A stretch of DNA of 64,000 nucleotides from Trypanosoma brucei (lineage: Eukaryota): assembly GCA_000002445.1 (NCBI GenBank), contig CM000207.1:2272001-2336000 (forward strand). Direction: 5' to 3'. Within the stretch, counting starts at the first letter, position 1; each line of letters begins with the position of its first letter. A program made the translations under genes and the position numbers. Below are positions 42,427 through 53,200 of this stretch, in pieces. The notes beneath the pieces were generated by a model. The model saw only the letters and a list, made by a program, of their open reading frames with translations, made no database searches and was not told the origin of the DNA.

Positions 42427-43374
42427 ATGCCGGACGTTGCCGAACACATAAAACGCCAGTGTGGCTTGCAGTCGACTGTGGTAAGTGGTAGGTTTAAAGA
42501 TGCATTAGACGAAGCGCAGTGTCGACCGGCGTATCTCCTGATCTACTTGCATTGCCCAACGCATGAGGACACACCGGCTTTCCTCAGTGAAGTCCTCCCC
42601 AACCCGCCGTTACGTGAACTGATTGAGTCCCGCTTTGTTTTGTACGCGGCCTCTGTGATGGAGCCTGAGGGATATCGTCTCTCACTGGAGTTCGAAGCAA
42701 CAACATTTCCCTTCCTTGCTGTGACTCTGCGGCGCGAAACGGTGCTGACAGTGAAGGGGCTGTGCTGCGCGCGGGACCTAGTGAAATACTTTCAAGCGAT
42801 GTTTGATCGATTTGATGGTGTGCTTGCTGAGGAAATTCATCTGAGACATGAACGGGAGGAGAGAATGCGGGCCCGCACGGACGATGAGCGCCACATTGCC
42901 GAGATGCAGGCAGTTGATCGCAAACGGATTGAGGAATTCGAAAAAAAGAAGAGGGACAAGGTCATGAGGTTGCTCCTGGAGAGTGAGGAAATGAGGCGGA
43001 AGTTGGAAGAGGAAGAAGAGGAATGTGACCGACGACAGCATGAGGAAATGTTTATTCAGACACGATCTGACATTGCCCGCACCGAGGCAGAGATGCGACT
43101 CGCGCCTGAGCCACCCGCTGATGCCGATGTGTCGACAACAACATTTATTAGTTTTAGGTCGTTGAGTGGGAAGCAGAGCAAGCGCCGCTTCTACCTTAGT
43201 GACAGACTCAGTAACCTTAGGGAATACGGCAAAACGCTTGAGGATTACGACGGTTGCAACTTTCAGCTTGTCGTCGGTCACCCACCGCGGGCGCTGGAAA
43301 CGGAGAGTGACAAAACCATTGGCGATGAGCCAACTCTTTTTCCACGAGCAGTAGTAATGATGCGTCGCCTGTGA
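42427..43374 (+). CDS. UBX-domain protein (FAF/UBXD-like): a thioredoxin-like N-terminus, a Glu/Arg-rich coiled-coil, and a C-terminal UBX domain.
   Basis: The C-terminus TFISFRSLSGKQSKRRFYLSDRLSNLREYGKTLEDYDGCNFQLVVGHPPRAL...LFPRAVVMM fits a UBX beta-grasp with the conserved F-P-R loop. An EEEEEE acidic run is present. Confidence 0.65.
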   Translation: MPDVAEHIKRQCGLQSTVVSGRFKDALDEAQCRPAYLLIYLHCPTHEDTPAFLSEVLPNPPLRELIESRFVLYAASVMEPEGYRLSLEFEATTFPFLAVTLRRETVLTVKGLCCARDLVKYFQAMFDRFDGVLAEEIHLRHEREERMRARTDDERHIAEMQAVDRKRIEEFEKKKRDKVMRLLLESEEMRRKLEEEEEECDRRQHEEMFIQTRSDIARTEAEMRLAPEPPADADVSTTTFISFRSLSGKQSKRRFYLSDRLSNLREYGKTLEDYDGCNFQLVVGHPPRALETESDKTIGDEPTLFPRAVVMMRRL

Positions 43375-43822
43375 AATAGTTGAGGGTCAACAAAAAAGGA
43401 AAAAGGGAAATGAAGGGATTCCCCCACCCTTTTCATCGGACTGCACGCTGCCGTGTCCGCGCCTCCGTATCTCCAAGCGGTTACTGCTTCCAGCGGCCAG
43501 AGGAGGCACACCGGAAGTTGATATTTGGGGAACCGGCCCCTTCGGGGTTAACAAACCACAATTTGTTTGTGGGCTGTAGGCCGCATGCTGCGATATTTGT
43601 GTTGGCGTTTTTCCGCTCTTGTGGAAAAGAGGGTCGATGGGATAAATGAAAGGAATTGCGCTGGAGGGTCATATATACAATTTTATTCTTTACTTTTGCC
43701 TTCGTCACCATTATCGGTTGCACTGGTTCCGCCCTCTGCCTTTTGCAGGATCTTCATGCCTTTCTTTTGTTCCTTCGTTCACTGGTCCCCACATGCGGGG
43801 GCGTCGCTGAATCTACCCTTGG

Positions 43823-45538
43823 ATGTTGCTCACCTACTTTTTGTTTTGTTTGTTTGTTTGTTCGTGTCAACCGTTGTTTCCTCGTATCAGCACGGCAACA
43901 GAGAGAATGGTTCGGTTTCAGCCATGGAGCATGGCCGTGCAAACTCGCTTTAAGTGGCGGCACAAGGAGACGGACCGCTGGCGGCGACTAATGGACGCGA
44001 CTTGTGTTCCCCTAGACTGGATCGGACAGACTCGGGGCCCATCCTTCACACAATACAGCGGGCACTGGACACATCTACTCACCTGCGCGCATGTCATCAC
44101 GCCATGGGACTATCCAAATTTTTATCCCCCGAAAGGCCCGACGCGGTTTGTGTCCCGCATAACCCTCGCTGACACCATGACACAGGTTCGCCTTGTTTCA
44201 CTGCAAGGTAACGCGGTTTACAAGCACTTCACTTCAAATCAACACGTGTTTGTGCACTCCAACCCACGACTTGATCTCTGCGTCTTACACCCCGAGCAGA
44301 ATCTGCGGCGCAGTGGAGAGATGAAGATGTTGTGGATGCAAAATGAAGGGCATGTTACGCGACCCCGCCTGGAGCTTGTAAAACCGCTGGAGGTGGGGGA
44401 TCATGTTTGGGTATATGGCATGACGGCCCATGAATCCCTTTTTGATGAGGAAGGAGGACCGGAACCCCTCATGATCCCAACGGGAATCCGAGCTCGCGTG
44501 CATGCCTTGACACGGGAACATTTCTTTATCGACACAAAGTCTATTGAAGGTGCTGAACGAGGGTGTGTGGGTATGGGAATGTGCGGCTCTGCTGTGATGC
44601 GTAATGGACGTTGTGTTGGGATGTTAACGGCAACTGTACATGAGGAAAGTGACTGTAAGGAGCTTGCTGGCACTGCCATGTGTACCTACGCCTCAGACAT
44701 CTTTGAGTTTCTACTGGAGGTAGAGCGACAGATGAAGGCATTACCCCCAAGTCTAAACCGCCAGGAGACCATGTTTCAGCAGCGTCGCCGCGGCGAGGGA
44801 TCGGAGGAATATGAGAAACAGCGTGAGACAGAAGGCAAGGAATGGGATTTGGACCATACGAGGCTGGCACGCCACATACCCGTACCCGTATCGCTGTGGC
44901 ATATGGAAGAGAAATGGATAACAGAGGAAGATTACATGACAAACAAAGTGTTCGGTCGTGGAGGGCCATTTAACCAGGAAACTCAGGAAAATATTCTTGG
45001 ATACGACATGAACTCGTCTAAATCATACGGGGAGCGGCCCGGGGATATCGCCTCCGTGTCTACTGCAACGCAAGACGGTAAACCAACAATGCAAGGCGAG
45101 CGGAAGGATTACAGCCCAACTGGAATCTACGCCGATCACGAAGACTTCAAGACAAGTGATGTGTGGGACTACAACGTCAGCTCGGAATTGCGGTCGCTCT
45201 TTGACAAGGGCGTTGACGCCAAAGATGCCCACAGTCTCAATATGATGCGCAAGTCACTCGAGAATATCCGTGCACAGCGTGCAATGGAAAAAATGAAAGA
45301 AACAGTAATGAAAGCCCCAGGTCACAGTGAAGACCCCCTCAATGTGGGAAGCATGGGTCGGTACGACGTCAATATGGAAGAAAGCAGTGCCCAGGCGTTC
45401 ACTCCAGACATGGATGATGAGGTACGGGCCGCAGCGCGAAAGGAAGAAAAGTACCATGAGGAGCTGCGGCGGCGGCATGGCAACAAAGCGCGGCCATTTG
45501 GTGACGAAGATCTGAGAGGATTGTGGGAACCTCATTAA
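43823..45538 (+). CDS. Trypsin-fold (clan PA) peptidase-like protein. The likely ATG is 43907 (MVRFQPW...).
   Basis: Triad-like motifs appear in the canonical order: LLTCAHVITPW (His), RLDLCVLHP (Asp), GMGMCGSAVMRNGRCVGMLTA (the GDSGG-like nucleophile box, with Cys or Ser as nucleophile). Confidence 0.5.
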   Translation: MLLTYFLFCLFVCSCQPLFPRISTATERMVRFQPWSMAVQTRFKWRHKETDRWRRLMDATCVPLDWIGQTRGPSFTQYSGHWTHLLTCAHVITPWDYPNFYPPKGPTRFVSRITLADTMTQVRLVSLQGNAVYKHFTSNQHVFVHSNPRLDLCVLHPEQNLRRSGEMKMLWMQNEGHVTRPRLELVKPLEVGDHVWVYGMTAHESLFDEEGGPEPLMIPTGIRARVHALTREHFFIDTKSIEGAERGCVGMGMCGSAVMRNGRCVGMLTATVHEESDCKELAGTAMCTYASDIFEFLLEVERQMKALPPSLNRQETMFQQRRRGEGSEEYEKQRETEGKEWDLDHTRLARHIPVPVSLWHMEEKWITEEDYMTNKVFGRGGPFNQETQENILGYDMNSSKSYGERPGDIASVSTATQDGKPTMQGERKDYSPTGIYADHEDFKTSDVWDYNVSSELRSLFDKGVDAKDAHSLNMMRKSLENIRAQRAMEKMKETVMKAPGHSEDPLNVGSMGRYDVNMEESSAQAFTPDMDDEVRAAARKEEKYHEELRRRHGNKARPFGDEDLRGLWEPH

Positions 45539-46111
45539 GGGATGATATTTCTGCGAGTGAGTAAGCAGAGGTATGGAAAAAGGAAAGGATTTGGCAGCCA
45601 CGGGGAAGAAAGCAAAAAAAAAAAACGGGTTACCGTTTAGGAAGTGGAGAACTCACTCGTGCGTGCCCTTATGCGAAGGGGACGGGGTGCCTCGTTTTTC
45701 ATGGGTCGCGCTGACGGCGTCCGCAAACATCGGGTGAAGCATCATCACTTCTCGCCCCCTCCTTTCCTTTTTCTTTTTCACTTAGTTGGCATTCCATTAT
45801 ACTACACGCTGTTGGGGGTTTGTCATCATTACACCACCATTCTTTGTGTACATTCTCGTTTAATATCGTTATTTGCCACTGAAGCGCACTCTTCCAAGTT
45901 CAGAGACACAGTTGGTAGTCATTTATACATCATACGTATATGTTATACATATTGCCCCTTACTGCGGGTTCGAAATGCCCCTGGTGTTGACCCTCTCCTT
46001 GACTCACTCTGTCCCGCGCATCTAAACATATGTGCATACAATATTAGGGTTGTGACACAGTAAGTTTGTTTTCTCTTTTAGTGAGAAGAAATTACCGCTC
46101 TTTCGCCGCTG

Positions 46112-49100
46112 GTGATGAATCCAAGTGCCCAGCCGTGGTATCCCCCGGCGGAGTTGGTGCTTGGCGCACCGACGGCTGGCTTAACGGCGGTGCGTTGGCA
46201 AAACGATCCGTACCGTTCACGAATAGCCAGGTGTCCGCCTCCGCCGCTTTGCGGTGACGATGATTTCATTTCGTTGCGAATCGAGTCCCTTGTGCCGGTG
46301 GCAGGGACCAAAACGGATTCACCGATTCCAGCTGCTTTGACAGCAGCAGCAGCGGCCGCAGTGTTGCCGACAGCGGTGCAGGTGCCCGTGACTAAAGGTC
46401 AACCATACCGCAGCAGCGGAGTCACTTTCGCAAGTGTACCCACGCAGGCGGAGGCACGCCTTCAGAAGCGATCACAACCAGTAAGTCGTTGCCAGGCAGA
46501 TCTAAAACCCTTGTGGCGCAGCTTCGCCACCGTGTCGTCTCTGGACTCTCAAGGCGATTCTCAAGAAATCGAAGGCGCCACAACAGAGGAAAAATGCTGC
46601 GCTGCACGTGTTCGGCCTGCAAGGCCCAAGGTGCCAATCCCGCGTCCTCGATCGCAGCTTAATGCGGACAACGCTTTTGCAGCCGCCCGCAACCTCAACA
46701 AAACGGTGTTGGCGGGTAGTTTAGATATCAACCCGCACACGCCAGCATCGACACCTAATGACTCGAGCCCCGACCAAACCTCCGAAACCCCTGCCGTCTC
46801 TGCGAGTGGGACAGACACCACAACTACCGACGGTGAAAATAATACATGCACGACCTCTTCTCCCACAGACGTTGGTGCATCAACAGGCCGCAACAACACT
46901 TGCTCGGAGGATGCCGAAGAGCCCAGCTGCGAAGTCATCAGCGTGAAGAGCACGGCCCAGGAAGCAGATGTTGACGAGAAGCCGCAATGTCTGGCGAACC
47001 GCGCGCCACCGGGCCCAACCGCATCCAAAAAGACACGATTGAAGCCAAAGTCTGAGAAGTGGACAATCGTCGGGGGTAAGGCAGGAGTGGCACTCGCTTC
47101 CGTGCAGGCGGCAGTAGTGCCAGCGAAGAGGCCAACTGCGTCGATTGCCAGCACGAAGGCACGTGAGAGCGTGTCGCGTCACCGTACTCCGGATCCAAAA
47201 GCAAAAGAGCGCGTTAGGTCCAAGCAGCGGCAGTCGCAAGCCCAGCATAGGGAGGAAGTCAACAAATGTAGCAGCAAAGATGATGTCATCATCGAGCAAA
47301 AGTCGAAACGACAGCGGGATTCGCGGCGCCCGCGTGAGTGCTGGACTGATGAGGAACTTCTTGAAACCCTAATGAGTAGCACCACAATCTCTGCTCAGAC
47401 GGGTGCATCCTCCAGTGGTAACAGTGGTGATGGTGCCGCGTCATTTGCCATTATGGGTGTCCCACTCGTTTGCGTTACACGAGGTGAGGAACTTCTCACG
47501 TCGCAGTCCTCGTCGCGGAGCGACGCGCGGCAGCGAAATGCACTTCGTTTGTTCATTCGTTCCCTCGCTATGTTTGAAACGTCCAACGCCAAGACACTGC
47601 TGCTGCAGCGTGCGCTAAATGGGCTGCCAGAGTCCTGCCATCACCAGTGCCCATCACTCGTTTGCGCTATCATGTTGGAAATGAGTGCAAGCTGTGTGGA
47701 TGTGGAAAAAAGCCTCCAAACGTGCTATAAGGCATTGAGGCTGTCGGAGAGGCACAATTTAGACACGTTTGAAATGTTGTCGCGACTCGGCATTACGCGC
47801 ACCCTTGCTCGGGTCGTTGACACAATGGATGCGCGGGAGAATTTAACACGAGCGGCACTGATTGCGATTGACCGCCTCGAAAAAGAGGCGCTCGGATGGA
47901 TTGTGATGCAAATGGGTGTCACGCTGGAGATATCAGGACTTTTCCCTGACTCACTTGCTTGGTATGAGGTTGCTGAGCGCCTTGCTCGGTCTACTGGGCA
48001 GCAGAGACTTCTTTGTGAAGTACACTGCTGTCAGAGCATCGCCTACTCGGCAGTAGGAGAGCTGGAGCGCGCACAGCAGGCTTACGAGGCTTCACGGTTA
48101 TTACTTTCCAACATTCATCGGCACTGCCATCAACGACCATTGCAGAACTATGCTCAACTGAAGTGTCAGCTCGGTGATATGGCGGGCGCGCTGCAGTTGC
48201 AGGAGGAGGAACTAGCTATCGCCAAGGAGCTGGGTGATACGCATGCCGCGTCGCGTTGTGTCGGCGCTATTGCATTAACAAAGCGGTTTCTTGGTCGCTA
48301 TGACGAAGCGGCAGAGAATTACATGGAGGAGTTTAGCGTGCATTGTTCCCGCGACCCGCGGCAGGCGGTGGAATCGCTTACCGGCGCGGCATCCTGCTGG
48401 CGATTTGGCGGTCACGCGCAGAAAGCGTATGATTACTGTATCCGAGCCCTCACTCAAGCCCGTGACTGTCATGACCTCACTACCATCGCCAAAGCGCTCG
48501 CAGAGTTGGCAGAGACGGAGCTAAGCATGGACAGACTAGATGAAGCACAAGAACATCTGCGCGAGGCTCTCACCGCAGTATTCCGCGTGGACGATGCAGA
48601 GCAGAAGCAGTATCTTGTGAAGGCCGCGCTTTGTGAAGTGGAGTGGCGTTGTTGCAGTGCATTGGGCCAAGTGTACGCGCGCCGTGGTCAAGCATTTGAG
48701 GCCATGCAGTGTGCTGACCGCTGTCACGTGCCGAACACGGTACACATGGGGCGATTGCTGTTGCGGCGTCAGCGGTGCGCTGGAGCCATACATGACGCCA
48801 CCAACCCTGAACTAGTCAGCAGGCAAAGTGTCGAACGGGTGCTCAAACATCCCACATTGAAAGGTTGGAATGTAGTCTGCTATTCACTTCCGTGGGCTGA
48901 GAAACTCGATTTTATGGTGTATGTGGTCATGCTGGACGCCGACAGCGGTGAGCTGAAGTGCGTGGCTCATCCGCTTGTCATGAGTGACGAGTTGGTGGCC
49001 TTTTTCTCTGGTCCTAATGCCTTGTGGGACTTATTGGATGCTCCCATGTTCACTGACACCGGGGACCGCATGTATGGCGATACACCGCTATGGCCGCAGC

Positions 49101-50251
49101 TGTACTCAAAGGTGGCATTTGACTTCCAGCAGAACCCAAGCAATGCGGAATGTCTTGTGTCGCTTCGTACGGATCCGCACTATTGCCTTCGTTTACTTTA
49201 TGACAATTTTGTGCGGCCACTGGAAGCGGACGTTGCCGGAGCAGAAGGGCTGATGTTTGTCGCTGACGGCGTCTTCAGCCGAATTCCGTTTCATGCCCTT
49301 CACGATGGGAAGAAGTACCTCGCAGAGCGCTTTTGCACGAGCACTTGCTGCTCCATGGCGCTACTCTGCACGCACGCCGTGGAGGATGAAAGCATAAAAG
49401 CCGCAGTGACTCCACCTGCAAAAGCAACAGATGGTGGCAGCGAGGAATCCATGGGGGGGATGATTCCCAAACGTTACACCATAGTTGATGATGCCTCTCA
49501 TAAGGTGGTGTTAATGGATTCCTTTGTTGAGGAGATGGTGGCTAAAAGCAATGACAGTTCTAATCCTGTTGGAGTGTGCGTCCGTCACTGGGTGGTTGAT
49601 GAAAAGCAACCTGTGATTTCTTGCGTGGCGAACGAGCAGCAACTCATCGATGCGGCGTCATCAAGTGACAACTCCAAAGATGGAAACGGCGATATCAGTG
49701 CGGAGGCGGCGGGAAATGATGATCCCGACGTGTCTGCCACAAAGCACCTGCTGTCGTGCTTGCGGCGCCGTGGCAATGTCACTTCAGTACGTAACTCCCT
49801 CTACCGAGCCGTGCATGAGAACCCCGAGGGCGTGTTGGAGTTGCGCCTTCGTGTCGTGCCGGAGGTTAAGGAGGATTATTGCGGAACTTTTGTTGGTGCC
49901 TCATGCGATGTCTCCGCCAGCCACGCCAGTGAAGTGGCCAGCTCATGGGAGTTGCGAGGTTACGCACTTGTTTTATGTAGTGGCATCGGGACCTACGGAG
50001 GATTATCCATGCATGAGACGGGAGTGCCGGTGTATCGAGCACTTCAGTATGCGGGAGCTCGCTGCATGTTGTTGGCAGCTGGCAGTCGAGTGCCGCCATA
50101 TGTTAAAGTTCCCGCTGCTGCTGCAGATGCGGCGCTGAATGGGCGGAGTGTTGCCGCAGCGCTGCGTGAGGCATATGTTCGAGCGATTGCGGCGGATGTA
50201 CCGTTGGAGGATTGGTGCGGGTTTGCGCTGGTGGGCCTGCCGATCTCGTGA
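46112..50251 (+). CDS. Large (about 1379 aa) TPR-repeat protein with a C-terminal CHAT (caspase-fold, HetF-associated with TPRs) domain.
   Basis: The central region contains TPR-like helical repeats (AYDYCIRALTQARDCHDLTTIAKALAELAE...LDEAQEHLREAL). The C-terminus reads LMFVADGVFSRIPFHALHDGKKYLAERF...SASHASEVASSWELRGYALVLCSGIGTYGGLSMHETGVPVYRALQYAGARCMLLAAGSRVPP...ALREAYV. This matches the CHAT pattern (L.h.PdG.L..lPFeAL....yL...........HfatHg......L........LVvLSAC.T........G..gL.rAfl.AGa..v.asLW.v.D). Confidence 0.55.
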   Translation: MMNPSAQPWYPPAELVLGAPTAGLTAVRWQNDPYRSRIARCPPPPLCGDDDFISLRIESLVPVAGTKTDSPIPAALTAAAAAAVLPTAVQVPVTKGQPYRSSGVTFASVPTQAEARLQKRSQPVSRCQADLKPLWRSFATVSSLDSQGDSQEIEGATTEEKCCAARVRPARPKVPIPRPRSQLNADNAFAAARNLNKTVLAGSLDINPHTPASTPNDSSPDQTSETPAVSASGTDTTTTDGENNTCTTSSPTDVGASTGRNNTCSEDAEEPSCEVISVKSTAQEADVDEKPQCLANRAPPGPTASKKTRLKPKSEKWTIVGGKAGVALASVQAAVVPAKRPTASIASTKARESVSRHRTPDPKAKERVRSKQRQSQAQHREEVNKCSSKDDVIIEQKSKRQRDSRRPRECWTDEELLETLMSSTTISAQTGASSSGNSGDGAASFAIMGVPLVCVTRGEELLTSQSSSRSDARQRNALRLFIRSLAMFETSNAKTLLLQRALNGLPESCHHQCPSLVCAIMLEMSASCVDVEKSLQTCYKALRLSERHNLDTFEMLSRLGITRTLARVVDTMDARENLTRAALIAIDRLEKEALGWIVMQMGVTLEISGLFPDSLAWYEVAERLARSTGQQRLLCEVHCCQSIAYSAVGELERAQQAYEASRLLLSNIHRHCHQRPLQNYAQLKCQLGDMAGALQLQEEELAIAKELGDTHAASRCVGAIALTKRFLGRYDEAAENYMEEFSVHCSRDPRQAVESLTGAASCWRFGGHAQKAYDYCIRALTQARDCHDLTTIAKALAELAETELSMDRLDEAQEHLREALTAVFRVDDAEQKQYLVKAALCEVEWRCCSALGQVYARRGQAFEAMQCADRCHVPNTVHMGRLLLRRQRCAGAIHDATNPELVSRQSVERVLKHPTLKGWNVVCYSLPWAEKLDFMVYVVMLDADSGELKCVAHPLVMSDELVAFFSGPNALWDLLDAPMFTDTGDRMYGDTPLWPQLYSKVAFDFQQNPSNAECLVSLRTDPHYCLRLLYDNFVRPLEADVAGAEGLMFVADGVFSRIPFHALHDGKKYLAERFCTSTCCSMALLCTHAVEDESIKAAVTPPAKATDGGSEESMGGMIPKRYTIVDDASHKVVLMDSFVEEMVAKSNDSSNPVGVCVRHWVVDEKQPVISCVANEQQLIDAASSSDNSKDGNGDISAEAAGNDDPDVSATKHLLSCLRRRGNVTSVRNSLYRAVHENPEGVLELRLRVVPEVKEDYCGTFVGASCDVSASHASEVASSWELRGYALVLCSGIGTYGGLSMHETGVPVYRALQYAGARCMLLAAGSRVPPYVKVPAAAADAALNGRSVAAALREAYVRAIAADVPLEDWCGFALVGLPIS

Positions 50252-50299
50252 TATTGCGGGAAATGTGTGATCGATCATATAAGGCGCCGAGTATTCACA

Positions 50300-53200
50300 A
50301 AATTATGCCGATTGTCTTCCATGTGGTGAACCAATCCCTGAAAGGAAGATGTAGAAGGAAAGAAAAAGAAAAAATAAAATAAAAGGAATGCGCACGGTGT
50401 ATATATGAGTATGTGTATGAATATGCTTTTATTCTTATTTATTTATCATCATCTTTTTTTTTACTGTTATTATTTTATATTTCTCTGCTACGTTCTTTTT
50501 TTTTTGTTATTGTTATCATTCCTACCATTATTATTATTATTATTACCATTATCACTATTACGATTAATACGTTTTTTTTTGTTTTCTTTAGGAAATTTGT
50601 TACGTCAGTCCATTTGTTTACTTAATTTTTTCCTTATTTTTTTTCTTTCCTTCATTCTGAAAGAGAAAAAAAAGGAGAGAAACGATGATTTTTCTTTTTC
50701 GATATGCTTGTTTTTTATTTTATTTTATTTTTCCTCCGAGATTTGTGGACATCAGCGTTATTAACTCACCATGTAGTTAAGGAAAGTAAAGTTAGGTATT
50801 TAAGGGAAATGAATGAGTGATGCATGAAGAAGTTATTTTTAAAATAAAAAGATATATATATATATATATATATAAACAAAATTTAAAAAAAAAAGATGAC
50901 GGAAAAGGCATATGCGTATGTGAAAGTGTATCGGTATTGGTATTGGTGGTTTGGGAAAAAATAATGAGTGGTGAAAACAACGGCAACATTTGAAAATAAA
51001 ATGAACAAAAACTGAGGTATATATATATATATTTATTTATTTAGCCGTCTGTATGTGTGTGTGTGTGTCTGCGTGTGTTTTTATTTATTTATTTATTACC
51101 TTAAATTTTATTCATTTTTTTCTCTTTCTTTATTTCTTTCTCACCGTCTCCACCATTTTCCTCAGCATATGTTTTTCTGATGTTATTTTTGTGTATTTTT
51201 GATTGCTTTGTTTTACCATCTCTTTTTTCTTTTCTTTTCCTTTTTTCCTTTTTTTGGTTTTTTTGTTTTTTATGTTTCGTTTTTTTTTTAATATTATTTT
51301 ATATTATAAGTTTTGTTAATCAACTTTTATCGAACAGTGTCGATGAGTCGGTAAGAGTTGATTGAGGTGTGCAGGTAGTCCCTCCCCCCTCCAAAAAAAA
51401 AAATTTTTAATTCGAAACACACGCCACCGCACGGAACGGAAAAGTGAATAATAAAAAAAAAAGGAAAAAAGGAAAAGAAAAGAAAAGGAAAACATATTAA
51501 TCAATGAAACAAAAAAAAGGGGGAAATAATAATAGTAACGATGATAGTAAAATAATAAGAATAACACATATATGTTTGTAGTTGTATGAATGGATGTGTA
51601 ATGAGCGGTTACAATACGGACATCAATGAAACAAACAAACAAACAAGAAGGAAAGAGGGAGAAATTAATGTACACATGTGTGTGAGCATATGTTAATGGA
51701 AAGAACAGGAAGGCACAACTGTGAAACTCAAAGTATGAAAAGCAAAAAAAAAAAAAGAAAAAATTGCGGCTACCGAATGATTCATATAATTTCTTTTCTT
51801 TCTCTTCTTTTTATTGTTGATGACGTAAAAAGCGTACATATGTTTTCCTGTTTCTACCACTGAAAAATGCAACACACGAACACACACGCACATGTATAAA
51901 AACATATTGGATTTATTGCTTATTCACTTTATTTATTTAGTAATTTATATGGAAGGAAACATAACTTCGGGAGTTTGATAGTGAAGAGGAGAAGGAAGGA
52001 GAAACAATTCGTGATGATTTATTTATTATTTTTTTTACAAAATAAAAGCGGTTATTAATTCTTTTTTCCCCTTTTCCTTTCTTTCTTTCTTTATTTTTTT
52101 TTCCTTTCCTTTCGTCGTTGTTGCTGTTTCCTTTTTTCATTTTTCCCAAAACTTCCTCCCCGACTATTCTTACGCGAATACAAAAATGCAAACATCTTTA
52201 TTTTATTTTTAATGTTTTTTTTTCCTTTTCTTTACGTCGTCATTATTATCATTATTATTATTACACATGCACACACATGTTCATTTCCGTTGTTTTTGCC
52301 GTTTGTTTGTTTATTTATTTGTCGTTTTATTTTTATTTTTGCTCTCGCGTTTGTGATTTTGTTTTGTTTGTTTGCCTTTATTTTGATATTATTACTTTAT
52401 ATATATTTATATATTTATATATATATATATATTATCATATATGAAAATATATGTGTTTTACTTCCGTCGCTGCTGCAGAGGTCCATTTTGTTTCTCTCAC
52501 AACTGTATATTTAAATTAAATAAATATATATATATATATAAATATATGTAAATATATAAATAAATATAAATATATATATATATATTTCCAATGAAATGTA
52601 AGAAGGGAAAGGGAGGAGGAGGAGGAGGGGGGAAGGGGGAAAGGGGAGAAAAAATAGAGAGAAATTATAAAAAAGAGTTTAAAAAACCAAATAAATCAAA
52701 TCAAATCAAATTAAATCAAATCAATAAATAATTAAACGTGTGGGCACAAGTATGTATGAAATAAAATACAATGAACCGATTTGGTATGATTTTATTTGAA
52801 CTGAAGGTGCAACACAGAGGAAGAATTATAAAGTTTTCGGAGGGGAAAAAAAAAATAGAAATAAAAGGAAAGAAAGAAATGCACACATATACATGCATGC
52901 GCATATGCCCTCGAACGAAACAGGGAAAAAAAAATCGAAAGTGTAAATGAAAATTAAAATGACAGTTGTGACGAACTGATCATATGAATGAAAGCACGCG
53001 TATTTTTTTTCCCCCCTTTTCTTTTCTGATGTGCGTGTTTTTGTGTGCATAATTTTTTTGTTTGTTTATTTTTGTTTTATTTGTTGCCTTATGTTACGCA
53101 GGAAAGAATGAAAGGAAAATAATATAGTTATAAAATAAATAATGAAATGAAATGAAATGAAGTGAAGTGACACAATATGATACTATGAAATTATGTGGGA

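Noticed and set aside
46561-47299. Minus-strand ORFs (197, 139 and 88 aa) inside the 5' part of the TPR-CHAT gene.
   Set aside because: They are antisense to a long + strand ORF in a GC-rich, low-complexity region. GC-rich sequence generates long antisense ORFs by chance.
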